Source: a virus | Taxonomy: Duplodnaviria; Caudoviricetes | Strand: one strand, 5' to 3' | Virus record (IMG/VR): IMGVR_UViG_3300017909_003862 | Coordinates: 1 to 25,619 of that record | DNA length: 25,619 nucleotides | Shown: positions 16,484 to 25,365 of the stretch, piece after piece | Layout: every line of letters starts with the position of its first letter | Position numbering within the stretch: position 1 is the stretch's first letter | Position numbers and translations under genes: made by a program | Notes under the pieces: generated by a model | Databases searched by the model: none | The model's input: the letters and a program-made list of their open reading frames with translations, nothing else | Told to the model about the DNA's origin: nothing

Positions 16484-18589
16484 TTAACTTGCTGGTGTTG
16501 ATGAAGTATAATCAGTAGCACTGCCATCTGCTGTTGTAGAAGGTCCACTACCTAAGTTAGTTCCATAACTTGATGCAGGTCCACTAAAGAAAAAGTCTGG
16601 GGCACTACCTGTTGGTGTGCTACCATCACTGCCTAAGTCTACTGGTGCTCCAGTTGCACTAACAAACTTCTGTCTATTTGATGAACTTGTAAAATCAATA
16701 TAACTTGTGTCAAACCAAGTGTCACTAACAGCACCGTCAAATCTCAAAATACCGTTATAGCCTCGTTGCCAAATACCTTGTGATTTCGTGCTGTTATACA
16801 TATTAGTATCAAAAGTTGCTGTGGCAGGTGAAGTGGAATTTGATATAGCATTTGGTGTGCCATTGCCTTTTGTATACAAATAAGCACTTGCCGTTCCTGC
16901 ACTTGGATCATAACTTGCTAACAAGCAATGCCAAGTTGAAGCACTTACGGCACCGCTTTCTCTTGCTTGCCATTTAGTTGCGTTGGTACTATCCTTAACA
17001 AGAATGTTTATGTATCCGCCACTTTCAAGTGATATTTGAACTGGTGGTTTACCGTTTTCAAAATCTTCCCATAAAAACTTTTGTGCAGAAGTTGTGTCTG
17101 TTCTAAACCAAGCAACATAAGTCCACGCTGTTGTGCTTGGTGAAATAGCACTTGAGGCATAAAAACCATCATTGGAACCATCAAGTTCTACAGCATATTC
17201 AGCCGTTCCATATGTAATACTATATGTTGGAAGTGTTCCACCGTTGTCATCAAATATTACGGTTGTGTCAGCATCGTGTTGTTCACCGTGCAATAACAAT
17301 AATGTGTTTGAATCATTGGTAAATGCTGTTGTGCTTGGTGTGAAGTTACTGGTATATCTTGCGTTGTCTGAAATACGCACTTCATCAATATGTCCGTCAA
17401 AGAAATTATATCCACGAATGTAAGCACCAATGTTCAAATAATCGCTAAACTTTTCATTAATGCCTGTAACATCTTTTGTGCCTTCACTTGAACCGTCTAA
17501 ATACAATGTTTTGGTGTTGCCACTTCTAACAAGAGCAACATGATACCAAGTGTTATTGCTTAAAGATGTTGTGCCTGTAATATCCCAAGCGGCATTGGTT
17601 CTACCAACTCTCAAAACACCGTTAACAATTTCAAGATGTATTGATGCTGTTTGAGATTTACCAATTATGATACTTCTTTGACCTGTTGTACTGTCTGGTC
17701 TAACCCAACACTCAACAGTAAAATCATTCTGTGCAAAATCAAAGTTGCCTGAATTATCTGTATCAACTTCTAAATAATCATTAGTGCCATCAAACGCAAA
17801 ACTTGAACTTCCAAATTGTGATTGTGCTGTTGAAATACTTGCGCCGCCATTGGCTTGTATACCCTCAGGTGCTCTATCACCGTTGTCATCAATGAATATT
17901 GTGTCACCGTCTGTTCCATCTGCGTGACATAATAATACTGTATCACTATCATTAACAAATGGCGCAGTAGGAACAGTAAAACTTGCTCCTGTGTATCTAA
18001 CAGAACTTGAAATACGGATTTCATCTATATGACAATCATTCGTTCCTGATACAACTCCACCTGCTAAAGCAAATGTAGAACCTGTAGGTCCTAATTTTGT
18101 GCTACCTGATGAAGTATTTGTGCCTGCTCTTGTGCCATCTACATATAATGCGTGGCTTCCGTTGTCATTTGTCCAAGCAATATGATGCCATGAGCCACCT
18201 GAAGTAATTGAAGTATCATTGATACTCCATCCATCACCGCCACTGTATAATTGAACCCTGTTAATACTACCATAAAAATAAAGTAGCCAATCATCTGTAG
18301 AATAATTTCCAGTAAAGGAAATATATTGATTATTACTTTGATCTGGATTACGGAACCAACACTCATAAGTCCAAGTGTTTCCACCTAATTCTGTGTTTAA
18401 TTCATCTGCATCAACTGTAATTGCACCATTTTGTTGATAAAAACTACTACCACCAAACTTGTATTGTGCAGTGTCTATTTCAGAAGTTCCACTGGTGTTG
18501 CTTGAATCAAGCGTTAGTGCGGTTCTCTGTGCCGCCGCCGCTTCTGCTGTCTTGCTTAAAAATGCTAATCTACTTGCTCCTAATGGCAT
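16484..18589 (-). CDS. Receptor-binding/fibre protein with three LamG (ConA-like lectin) domains
   Basis: Three repeats of TxExWxR...W.H.A...DExRIS...RY...FT.P...F.NDS.T.LL.H; the third is more divergent. Confidence 0.85.
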   Translation of the reverse strand: MPLGASRLAFLSKTAEAAAAQRTALTLDSSNTSGTSEIDTAQYKFGGSSFYQQNGAITVDADELNTELGGNTWTYECWFRNPDQSNNQYISFTGNYSTDDWLLYFYGSINRVQLYSGGDGWSINDTSITSGGSWHHIAWTNDNGSHALYVDGTRAGTNTSSGSTKLGPTGSTFALAGGVVSGTNDCHIDEIRISSSVRYTGASFTVPTAPFVNDSDTVLLCHADGTDGDTIFIDDNGDRAPEGIQANGGASISTAQSQFGSSSFAFDGTNDYLEVDTDNSGNFDFAQNDFTVECWVRPDSTTGQRSIIIGKSQTASIHLEIVNGVLRVGRTNAAWDITGTTSLSNNTWYHVALVRSGNTKTLYLDGSSEGTKDVTGINEKFSDYLNIGAYIRGYNFFDGHIDEVRISDNARYTSNFTPSTTAFTNDSNTLLLLHGEQHDADTTVIFDDNGGTLPTYSITYGTAEYAVELDGSNDGFYASSAISPSTTAWTYVAWFRTDTTSAQKFLWEDFENGKPPVQISLESGGYINILVKDSTNATKWQARESGAVSASTWHCLLASYDPSAGTASAYLYTKGNGTPNAISNSTSPATATFDTNMYNSTKSQGIWQRGYNGILRFDGAVSDTWFDTSYIDFTSSSNRQKFVSATGAPVDLGSDGSTPTGSAPDFFFSGPASSYGTNLGSGPSTTADGSATDYTSSTPAS

Positions 18590-18599
18590 CCTGTTCTCC

Positions 18600-19424
18600 T
18601 TATGCTTGGAAATCTGTTGCTATAGAAGTGTAATAAGTTGTCCCGTCATAAAATATGCTAACAACACTTTCAGTTGTTAGTGTTTTATTTCCGCCAGCAA
18701 ATTTGTAAGCACCTGTGCCTGAAGCAGTGCCTGAACCACTTACAATTAGCGTTACTGATTGTCCAGCACTTGCGTCAGAAAATGCAGGTAAACTCAATCC
18801 ACTTGTAATTGTTACAGTTTGCACATTTCCATTGCTAACTGTGATAGTTGGTGAATCATTTGATCCTATAGCATAAACTGTTTCTTTATAATCTTCAAAA
18901 GTTTTGTTTGTAAGTGTTTGTTCTGCTACTTCTGACACTAATGTTGAGTTTGAACCTTTAGGCAATAGCATAGTGTTGGTTACTGCCTCACTGTGTGGTT
19001 GTGCTTTTATCTTTTGTCCATGTGTGTTTGCTGTGCAGTTAAGTTGAATTGTTCCGTCGTTGGTGTTACCACGTATTTCAACCCAACCTGTGCCGTTTGG
19101 TTCAAATTCAACGTTTGCATTTGAAGTAGACACAATGTAACTGCCATTGACGTCTAAATTTCCGCCAAGTTGAGGAGATGTATCATCTACAACATTGCTA
19201 ATACCACCACTTGAAAGTGTTTGTGGTTCAAATTGATTACTTGAACTACTGTATGTTAATACTTGTCCGTCTGTAGCGCCTGATGTGTTGACATCGCTTA
19301 GATCACCAATAGACTCTGACGTAATATCTTCTAATTTATCTGTGTTAAGGTTATTGATGTTGGCATCCGCTTCCGCGATTGTCAACGCTGAACCTTTTGT
19401 GTTTCTTAAAACTATTGTTGACAT
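18600..19424 (-). CDS. Tail fibre / virion structural protein
   Basis: N-terminal IVLRNTKGSALTIAEADANINNLNTDK, then LSDV...DGQVLTY, DTSPQLGGNLDVNG and QTLTNKT motifs common in aquatic phage fibres. Confidence 0.78.
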   Translation of the reverse strand: MSTIVLRNTKGSALTIAEADANINNLNTDKLEDITSESIGDLSDVNTSGATDGQVLTYSSSSNQFEPQTLSSGGISNVVDDTSPQLGGNLDVNGSYIVSTSNANVEFEPNGTGWVEIRGNTNDGTIQLNCTANTHGQKIKAQPHSEAVTNTMLLPKGSNSTLVSEVAEQTLTNKTFEDYKETVYAIGSNDSPTITVSNGNVQTVTITSGLSLPAFSDASAGQSVTLIVSGSGTASGTGAYKFAGGNKTLTTESVVSIFYDGTTYYTSIATDFQA

Positions 19425-19453
19425 AGCAATACCTCTCCTATCGTGTTTGTAGA

Positions 19454-19480
19454 ATGAGGGTGCCGTTGTGACACCCTCAT
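19454..19480 (-). terminator. Intergenic hairpin (weak terminator or mRNA-stabilising stem)
   Basis: ATGAGGGTG/CACCCTCAT 9-bp stem with a poor U tract. Confidence 0.5.
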
Positions 19481-19488
19481 AACCTTAA

Positions 19489-19887
19489 TTAAGCAAGTGA
19501 AACTGTTAGGTTTCCTGAACTTACTTGGAAAGTATCGCCTGATTCAATAGTTTTTGAAGTTGTAACTGCACCGTAGAACAGTACGTTTCCGCTTGTTGAA
19601 GCATCCATTACTGCAACGTGAGTAATAGTTCCCCAGTTAGCAGTTGCCGCTGAAAAAGTTACAGTTGCATCTGTAGATGCTGAACCTGAACTTGCCGCAC
19701 CAAATGATACTGTTTGTCTACCATAACCAGTAGATGATGTTGAAATCTCTGCTGATGGTGAGTTAGACTCTAAACCTGTATCTGCTGTAAATAACGCAAG
19801 ATAGATTGTTGATGGTTGTGTGAACGCTGTGTTGCCTAACACGTGGTCCAATACCTTATCTTCTAAATAATCTGAAGCCGCTGACAT
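19489..19887 (-). CDS. Virion structural protein (tail fibre-associated)
   Basis: MSAASDYLEDKVLDHVL...YLALFTAD...WGTITH..VMDASTSGNVL, a widespread phage structural family; AAGGAG RBS. Confidence 0.75.
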   Translation of the reverse strand: MSAASDYLEDKVLDHVLGNTAFTQPSTIYLALFTADTGLESNSPSAEISTSSTGYGRQTVSFGAASSGSASTDATVTFSAATANWGTITHVAVMDASTSGNVLFYGAVTTSKTIESGDTFQVSSGNLTVSLA

Positions 19888-19960
19888 AATATTTCTCCTT
19901 CTTTGATATATGTTGTCTGTTTCTTATATGACAGACAACATGGAGTTGTCCTGTCAATTG

Positions 19961-19966
19961 TATTTA
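19961..19966 (-). promoter_or_regulatory. TAAATA box (fibre operon)
   Basis: GGTAAATAC, intergenic, upstream of a structured 5' leader. Confidence 0.7.
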
Positions 19967-19980
19967 CCCCAATACCATCT

Positions 19981-20007
19981 AAAACGTCAAAAAACGTGAA
20001 AAAACGT
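19981..20007. repeat. AAAACGT x3 at exact 10-bp period
   Basis: Copies start at 19981, 19991 and 20001. Confidence 0.8.
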
Positions 20008-20017
20008 CTCAAAAAGT

Positions 20018-21880
20018 TTATAGATCGTATCCATACACAGTAGTAGTGGTTCCTGTAATTAATCCATTTGCCGCTACACTGTTAAATGACGTAATAACAT
20101 TATATGGTATTCCGCCTAAACTGCTTGAACTTGCTACATTTATAGTTGTATCAATTTGCATTGCACCACCACTAACGCTACAAGTAAGTGGAACTGTAAC
20201 TGTGCTTTCTCCTGCTTGTGGTATAGGTAAGTATGCACTTCTTCTTACAGTAACGTCTGTAAGTGCACCACTTGTGCCATCATACACAGCACACCATACA
20301 ATAGGCACTAATTCATACACACAAGTAGTATCTGCAGGTGGTTGAGGTCCTGTTGTTGCGTTATTTTGAATTGTTACGTCAACTGTGTTACTTGCAATCG
20401 TACATGAATTTTCTGCTGTTGGTGTAAATGTTACTGTGCAGGTTTCATCAGCATTGAATGCACTATCGTCTGTTGTGTTTATAGTTAAACTTGCTGTGTT
20501 TGACGTTACAGTAACAGTGCCTGACAATGCTGTGCTAATACTGCTTGTATCGCCACTAATTGTATAATTTAGTGTATCACCATTGGTTTTACCTACCGTT
20601 GCTACATTGATAGTTGTGCTTTGTCCTTCTGTGATTGAACTTGGTGTTGCTGTTACGCCTTGAACATATTCTGATGGTTCATTATACACTCTATAGTGTG
20701 TGGTATTATCACCAAGTTGAACAGTAAAAGTCTTATCTGCAGATATATTGTCTACAGTAAATGTTAAATTTGCACTACTACCGCTCATTGTGACAGTGCC
20801 TGTTAATGGTATATCTATTTCACCTGCACTCAAACCACTTACAGTATAATCATAATTATAATTTGGTGTTTCTAAGAAACATACTTCACAATCATGACTG
20901 ACTGATAATGTTGAAGATTGTCCTGGACACAATTGAATTGGATCTGATGAACTACCATCACCTTGTGCTGTAGGTCCATCTGCAGGAGCGTGTGTAAGAG
21001 ATGGTTTTTTAGCACCTGCCTCCATTAATTTTTGTGTGTCTTCATTGTTAAATTGTATATCTTGTGTTAGAACACCTGTGTCTTCATCTGCTGAAAGAAT
21101 ATTTTTGAACAAACCGTTTGCAATACCTAACAATGCATTTGCGCCTAACAATTTTGCAATGTCAAAACCTGTTTTGGCATCATCACTTTGATCTATTTCT
21201 GCGTTGAATACTTTAGATTTAATACCATTGAAGTTTGAACGTCTTTCATATGACAATCCGCTTTCAGTGTAGATTGTGCCATCATATTCTTGTGCTGTTA
21301 TACTATAGATTAATTGTCCATCATCTGTATCTTCTTGATCAATTTGAATTACTCTGAATTTTTTGTTTACAAAACCTAAAGCAGTATTCGTTATATCAAC
21401 AATATCTCCTGCTTGTATATTGTTACTGTCAAAATCAGTTCTAAACTCTACAATTAAGTCTAATCTACTTTGTTTTAATTCTCTACCGCCAATGAATTGT
21501 GCTTGAATAGGATCATTTGTGTGAGGTAAATTTAATTCTAATATGTTGTCAATTTCACCCTGATATCTGTCTGCACTGTCTATCTCAATGTCAACAACAT
21601 CAACAGTGTCACGCATATCTTTGTGTGGGAACTTGACACTTACACCATTATACATTTCTGTAATGCCAGTGCCACTGACATTTATTTCACCTATGATGTT
21701 TGAATCTTGAAAACCTATAGTAGCAGGTGAAGCATCATTTAGAATAGCAATCCATTTGCCTGTGTTAGGATCCCAACTGATGAACGCACCACTTTGATTT
21801 GCCAAAGTGTCAATGTTATCCAACACATTCTTGCTTGTGTCTACTAATCCGTTTATTCTAAATTTAGGTTGTGTCGCCAT
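20018..21880 (-). CDS. Tail tip/hub protein, C-terminal part (lambda J-like) with Ig/Calx-beta-like domains
   Basis: FRINGLVDT, ELKQSR, IQAGDIVDITNTALGFVNKKFRVIQI and ITAQEYD are phage tail-hub motifs; SITEGQSTTINV Ig-like repeats follow. Confidence 0.78.
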   Translation of the reverse strand: MATQPKFRINGLVDTSKNVLDNIDTLANQSGAFISWDPNTGKWIAILNDASPATIGFQDSNIIGEINVSGTGITEMYNGVSVKFPHKDMRDTVDVVDIEIDSADRYQGEIDNILELNLPHTNDPIQAQFIGGRELKQSRLDLIVEFRTDFDSNNIQAGDIVDITNTALGFVNKKFRVIQIDQEDTDDGQLIYSITAQEYDGTIYTESGLSYERRSNFNGIKSKVFNAEIDQSDDAKTGFDIAKLLGANALLGIANGLFKNILSADEDTGVLTQDIQFNNEDTQKLMEAGAKKPSLTHAPADGPTAQGDGSSSDPIQLCPGQSSTLSVSHDCEVCFLETPNYNYDYTVSGLSAGEIDIPLTGTVTMSGSSANLTFTVDNISADKTFTVQLGDNTTHYRVYNEPSEYVQGVTATPSSITEGQSTTINVATVGKTNGDTLNYTISGDTSSISTALSGTVTVTSNTASLTINTTDDSAFNADETCTVTFTPTAENSCTIASNTVDVTIQNNATTGPQPPADTTCVYELVPIVWCAVYDGTSGALTDVTVRRSAYLPIPQAGESTVTVPLTCSVSGGAMQIDTTINVASSSSLGGIPYNVITSFNSVAANGLITGTTTTVYGYDL

Positions 21881-21890
21881 CTTTTAATCC

Positions 21891-23636
21891 TTAACTATCA
21901 TACTGATTTACAGCACCTACATTTGTATATGTTATACCACTTCCTGAATCGTAGTAATCTACGCCGCCGTCACCAATCCATAAAGTATGATTAGGTCCGC
22001 CATCTTCATCATCTACAATAGCAATTTGTTCTGCCCATAAACTTGAAGCATTGGTAGAAGTTGAAGACGCAATGGTTTTGATATGATCGTAATATTCTCT
22101 ATCATAAAGATAAACATTGTTACCTTTGTGTGCATATGCAATATATCTTTCGCTTACTGTTACAAAAGTTATAGTAGCACCAGAAATAGTTATTGTAGTC
22201 AACGTGTTGCCTGTGGATAAATCAACAACTTTACCATCTAAATTATATAAAATATCATCATATATTACACCACTACAGGTAATACCGCTTATTGTGCGTT
22301 CAAGTGTTCCAGAGGACATACCATATACTAATGTATTGCCTGATTGACCTATAGCAATATAATTTTGGCTTACCAAAACATTGCCAATGGTAGCACCACT
22401 AACTGTAATAGTATGTTTTGAATCCAAGCGTTGTTGACTGTAATTTACATCATAGATGTATGCTTTGTTTTGTCCACTTTGTTTACCACCAAGATATCCA
22501 CCGTTTACATCAAAATTATCATTTGAACTCCAACCACTAAAGTTTGATAGAGTTACATTGGTTGATGTAGGATTGAAAGTGAACACACTGCCTGACAGTT
22601 CTCCATCACCACCATCTAATCTATATACACCAGGTCCATTTACGGTGCTATTGTTTACTGCCGCCCAATATTTTGTATATACACCATATTCTCCAAGTGT
22701 TGCGTTTGAAGGGAACTGGTTAAAATCAGGAACCAGCGAACTGTATCCTGTTTCATCATTTGCTGTCATTACTGCATAACCGCCTATGTTGGTGTAACCG
22801 CTATTTGTTATAAATCCTGTCCATCCAGGTGCAAATGGCGAACTGTTTATTCTGTTATCTTGTTCGTTTGAACGAGCACGTATATATCTACCAAACTGGT
22901 TATTGCTACTGAATGCACCTGCTTGTGGATTTACGTACTGTGTTACTGTGCCAAATCCACCATATTTGGTTGCTACTGCTGTTAATGTAGATTGTGCAGT
23001 AATAGTTGTTGAAGGATCAAATATAGCACCTGCTGTAACATCAACAGAGAATCTTGCAAGTATAACTTTTTCAAAGTCTGCTTCATTTACTCTTATTGCC
23101 ATGATAGGATGAGCACTGAATCCTCTTATAGGACGTTCTATAGCACAAGAAAGTGTGCTGGTTGAACTAAGAACTGCAACTGTTTTAAATGTTCCTACAC
23201 TCCATTGTTGATTACGTCTGCTACCATCGTTGGTATAACTGATAGTGCAGGTATATTCAAATGCACCTTGGTGGTCTGAACTTGGCAACGTAATTGTAGG
23301 TGCTCTTACTGCTTCCCAATCACTCACGCTGTCAATACCACTAACAGTGAATACGCCACCGCTACTTGTAACAGTAACCCCTGCAGGTAAACTACCAAAT
23401 GCAACTGTTGTGCCACTGATAGCACTAACATCAATTTCAAATGTTATTAATGTTTGTGTAGGTTGAATTATTTCTATAATGTCTATGGTTCTTTGCAGTG
23501 TAAAAGTCTGTGTTGTAATTGACTGATCTGTCAAATTAACAGCAGTAGGAAAATTGAAGATAACGTCACTGGGGCGACTGTCTGTAAAAGTTACAGTACC
23601 ATTTGCAAATGTGTTTAATTCTTGTAGTGTAGCCAT
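21891..23636 (-). CDS. Tail tip-associated protein with probable C-terminal beta-propeller
   Basis: 581 aa, beta-rich, with blade-like repeats (VSQNYIAIG, VSERYIAYA, VYLYD) between the two hub fragments. Confidence 0.65.
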   Translation of the reverse strand: MATLQELNTFANGTVTFTDSRPSDVIFNFPTAVNLTDQSITTQTFTLQRTIDIIEIIQPTQTLITFEIDVSAISGTTVAFGSLPAGVTVTSSGGVFTVSGIDSVSDWEAVRAPTITLPSSDHQGAFEYTCTISYTNDGSRRNQQWSVGTFKTVAVLSSTSTLSCAIERPIRGFSAHPIMAIRVNEADFEKVILARFSVDVTAGAIFDPSTTITAQSTLTAVATKYGGFGTVTQYVNPQAGAFSSNNQFGRYIRARSNEQDNRINSSPFAPGWTGFITNSGYTNIGGYAVMTANDETGYSSLVPDFNQFPSNATLGEYGVYTKYWAAVNNSTVNGPGVYRLDGGDGELSGSVFTFNPTSTNVTLSNFSGWSSNDNFDVNGGYLGGKQSGQNKAYIYDVNYSQQRLDSKHTITVSGATIGNVLVSQNYIAIGQSGNTLVYGMSSGTLERTISGITCSGVIYDDILYNLDGKVVDLSTGNTLTTITISGATITFVTVSERYIAYAHKGNNVYLYDREYYDHIKTIASSTSTNASSLWAEQIAIVDDEDGGPNHTLWIGDGGVDYYDSGSGITYTNVGAVNQYDS

Positions 23637-24397
23637 TATTGTATATCTATCTCACTGCTGTCTATACCTGCACCATAACGTGTGTTTTGCAGATAGTCAT
23701 TCATTACGTCACCAGGTTGTGTCATTGAATTTGTTAGTTTAAATTTTATATCTTTACCAACGCTGGTTAATTTTTGTTTTTTATTATAAGTCAATTTTAT
23801 TATTGCGAATGCAAGATTGTCCAATGTGTTGGTAGATGTCCAACCTGGAAATATGTCATAGGCATTTGATGTATTACCTGTGCTTTCACTTGAAAATGTA
23901 GTAGGTGAAGTGCTACCATTGTTGAAAGGATATACCTTAATCAAACCATTCCATACTGTGCTGGCGTTTTGATCATCATCGTATATGTTTTTTACTGTAA
24001 CACCATCGCTTTGAAAACCTAACCTAAAATTGTCTATGTACGCTTCTTCAAATGTTATTGCACTTGCTGTTCCATCTATTAGATTGCCTGTTTTTTCACA
24101 TAACACAACTGCCAAATACATATTCTTATTTGAACTGTCCAAATGTGCATCTATAATTTTGCCTGGCACAAATGCACTGCCATACAACACAGGCACACTG
24201 TAGTTTGTGTCAGGATCAATTGCAATTTGAACACCTTTGTCTTGTATACCTTGGTTGCCTTTGTTAGCACTCTTAAGAACACGATTAAGAGCATAACCTA
24301 AAAGAGCAGTTCTTGCCAGTGTTCCTCCAATACTATCACCTGTGACAAACCCTAATGCTTTCTTGCCAAAACTTTTTATATTGTTTAGAAAACTCAT
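23636..24397 (-). CDS. Tail tip/hub protein, N-terminal part
   Basis: VPVLYGSAFVPG, LAFAIIKLTY and QPGDVMNDYLQNTRYGAGI correspond to the N-terminal J-like motifs (IPV.YG; NPA..L.DYL...RYG.G). Confidence 0.75.
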   Translation of the reverse strand: MSFLNNIKSFGKKALGFVTGDSIGGTLARTALLGYALNRVLKSANKGNQGIQDKGVQIAIDPDTNYSVPVLYGSAFVPGKIIDAHLDSSNKNMYLAVVLCEKTGNLIDGTASAITFEEAYIDNFRLGFQSDGVTVKNIYDDDQNASTVWNGLIKVYPFNNGSTSPTTFSSESTGNTSNAYDIFPGWTSTNTLDNLAFAIIKLTYNKKQKLTSVGKDIKFKLTNSMTQPGDVMNDYLQNTRYGAGIDSSEIDIQ

Positions 24398-24984
24398 TGT
24401 GGTGCTCCAAAATCAAGACTTGTGCCTTTGATGATTGGCACTCTATCCATTCCTGTGTCATTTGGAAAGAAACGTTTGTTGCTGGTTGGATTAGTAAGTC
24501 TACCACTAATCTTTTCTTTTAGAACGCTGAATTGATTAGAGCATTCAAACAAGATAATGTTAGAGGCAGTTCTGTCTGCCACTGAAAATTCTTCTTGTAA
24601 ACTCCAATTGTTTACTCTGCCAAAAAAGTAACCTTGTGTAGAAATAAATGTATCGTCAACTTGTCTAAACTGTCTACGCACTTCTATCTTACTGCCTTTT
24701 ACTTTGCTGTATAAGATGTCTGTGATATTACCAGAAGGAACACCGCTGATACTAACTGTAATACTGTCACTGCTGGGACGTATTTCACTTGTAGTTGGTG
24801 TAATTTTTAACAATTCACCAAGAGGTGTATAATTGTCACTGTCAATAGTAACTGCTACATCGCTGTCTGTAAATTTAAATTCTTGTTGTGCATAACTACC
24901 AGAAGAAGTTGATCTATATTCTTCAACTGTTAATTTTACAAATAGGTTTGTCTTTACTGCTGTAAAAGACGTTAAACTTGCCAT
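24394..24984 (-). CDS. Minor tail protein (lambda L / DUF2163-like baseplate hub component)
   Basis: YTPLGELL, ITVSISGVP, FFGRV and GRLTNP...FFPNDTGMDRV...DFG motifs; position after Dit. Confidence 0.7.
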   Translation of the reverse strand: MASLTSFTAVKTNLFVKLTVEEYRSTSSGSYAQQEFKFTDSDVAVTIDSDNYTPLGELLKITPTTSEIRPSSDSITVSISGVPSGNITDILYSKVKGSKIEVRRQFRQVDDTFISTQGYFFGRVNNWSLQEEFSVADRTASNIILFECSNQFSVLKEKISGRLTNPTSNKRFFPNDTGMDRVPIIKGTSLDFGAPQ

Positions 24985-24987
24985 TCC

Positions 24988-25365
24988 TTAAACCTCCACA
25001 AATACAAATGGGCCACTCCATCTAATCTGTTGATTACCAAACACTGTCCACTGTGGGAACTCTATACACAAAACTGTGTAACTTTCATCACTTGATGGTG
25101 CAACATTTGAGTAATACCATGGGTGTGTTGCATATGGTATTGAAATTGAATCTGTTGTATGTTTGTCCAATGTTTCCATTGCTTCTATACTTGCACGTTC
25201 GTCTGCCCATTTAGGTCCATCAGGTAGTTGAACTGTGAATATCTTTTTAGGTGTACCACGACTGACTGCTTTCACTGTGCCATCACGTGCTTGTGTTGAT
25301 GCAACTGTGTCTAATCTATCTATTGACAGTGCAGTTGCGTTGTTGAATGCATATTGAAAACTCAT
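24988..25365 (-). CDS. Distal tail (Dit)-like protein
   Basis: 125 aa gene directly after the tape measure, ending WSGPFVFVEV; assigned from synteny. Confidence 0.6.
   Translation of the reverse strand: MSFQYAFNNATALSIDRLDTVASTQARDGTVKAVSRGTPKKIFTVQLPDGPKWADERASIEAMETLDKHTTDSISIPYATHPWYYSNVAPSSDESYTVLCIEFPQWTVFGNQQIRWSGPFVFVEV

Noticed and set aside
2896-19966. TAAATA as an archaeal TATA box (archaeal virus)
   Set aside because: The box lies only 4-5 nt from start codons in three cases, and canonical bacterial -35/-10 promoters are present.
16380-20007. CRISPR array or DGR template/variable repeat
   Set aside because: The repeats are short coding duplications or 7-mers without spacers. No reverse transcriptase or adenine-specific mismatch pair was seen.
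125-23742. Numerous plus-strand ORFs in the track (e.g. 659..1009, 2577..3038, 14265..14660)
   Set aside because: They are antisense shadows of well-supported minus-strand genes, lack RBSs and have no protein-like motifs.
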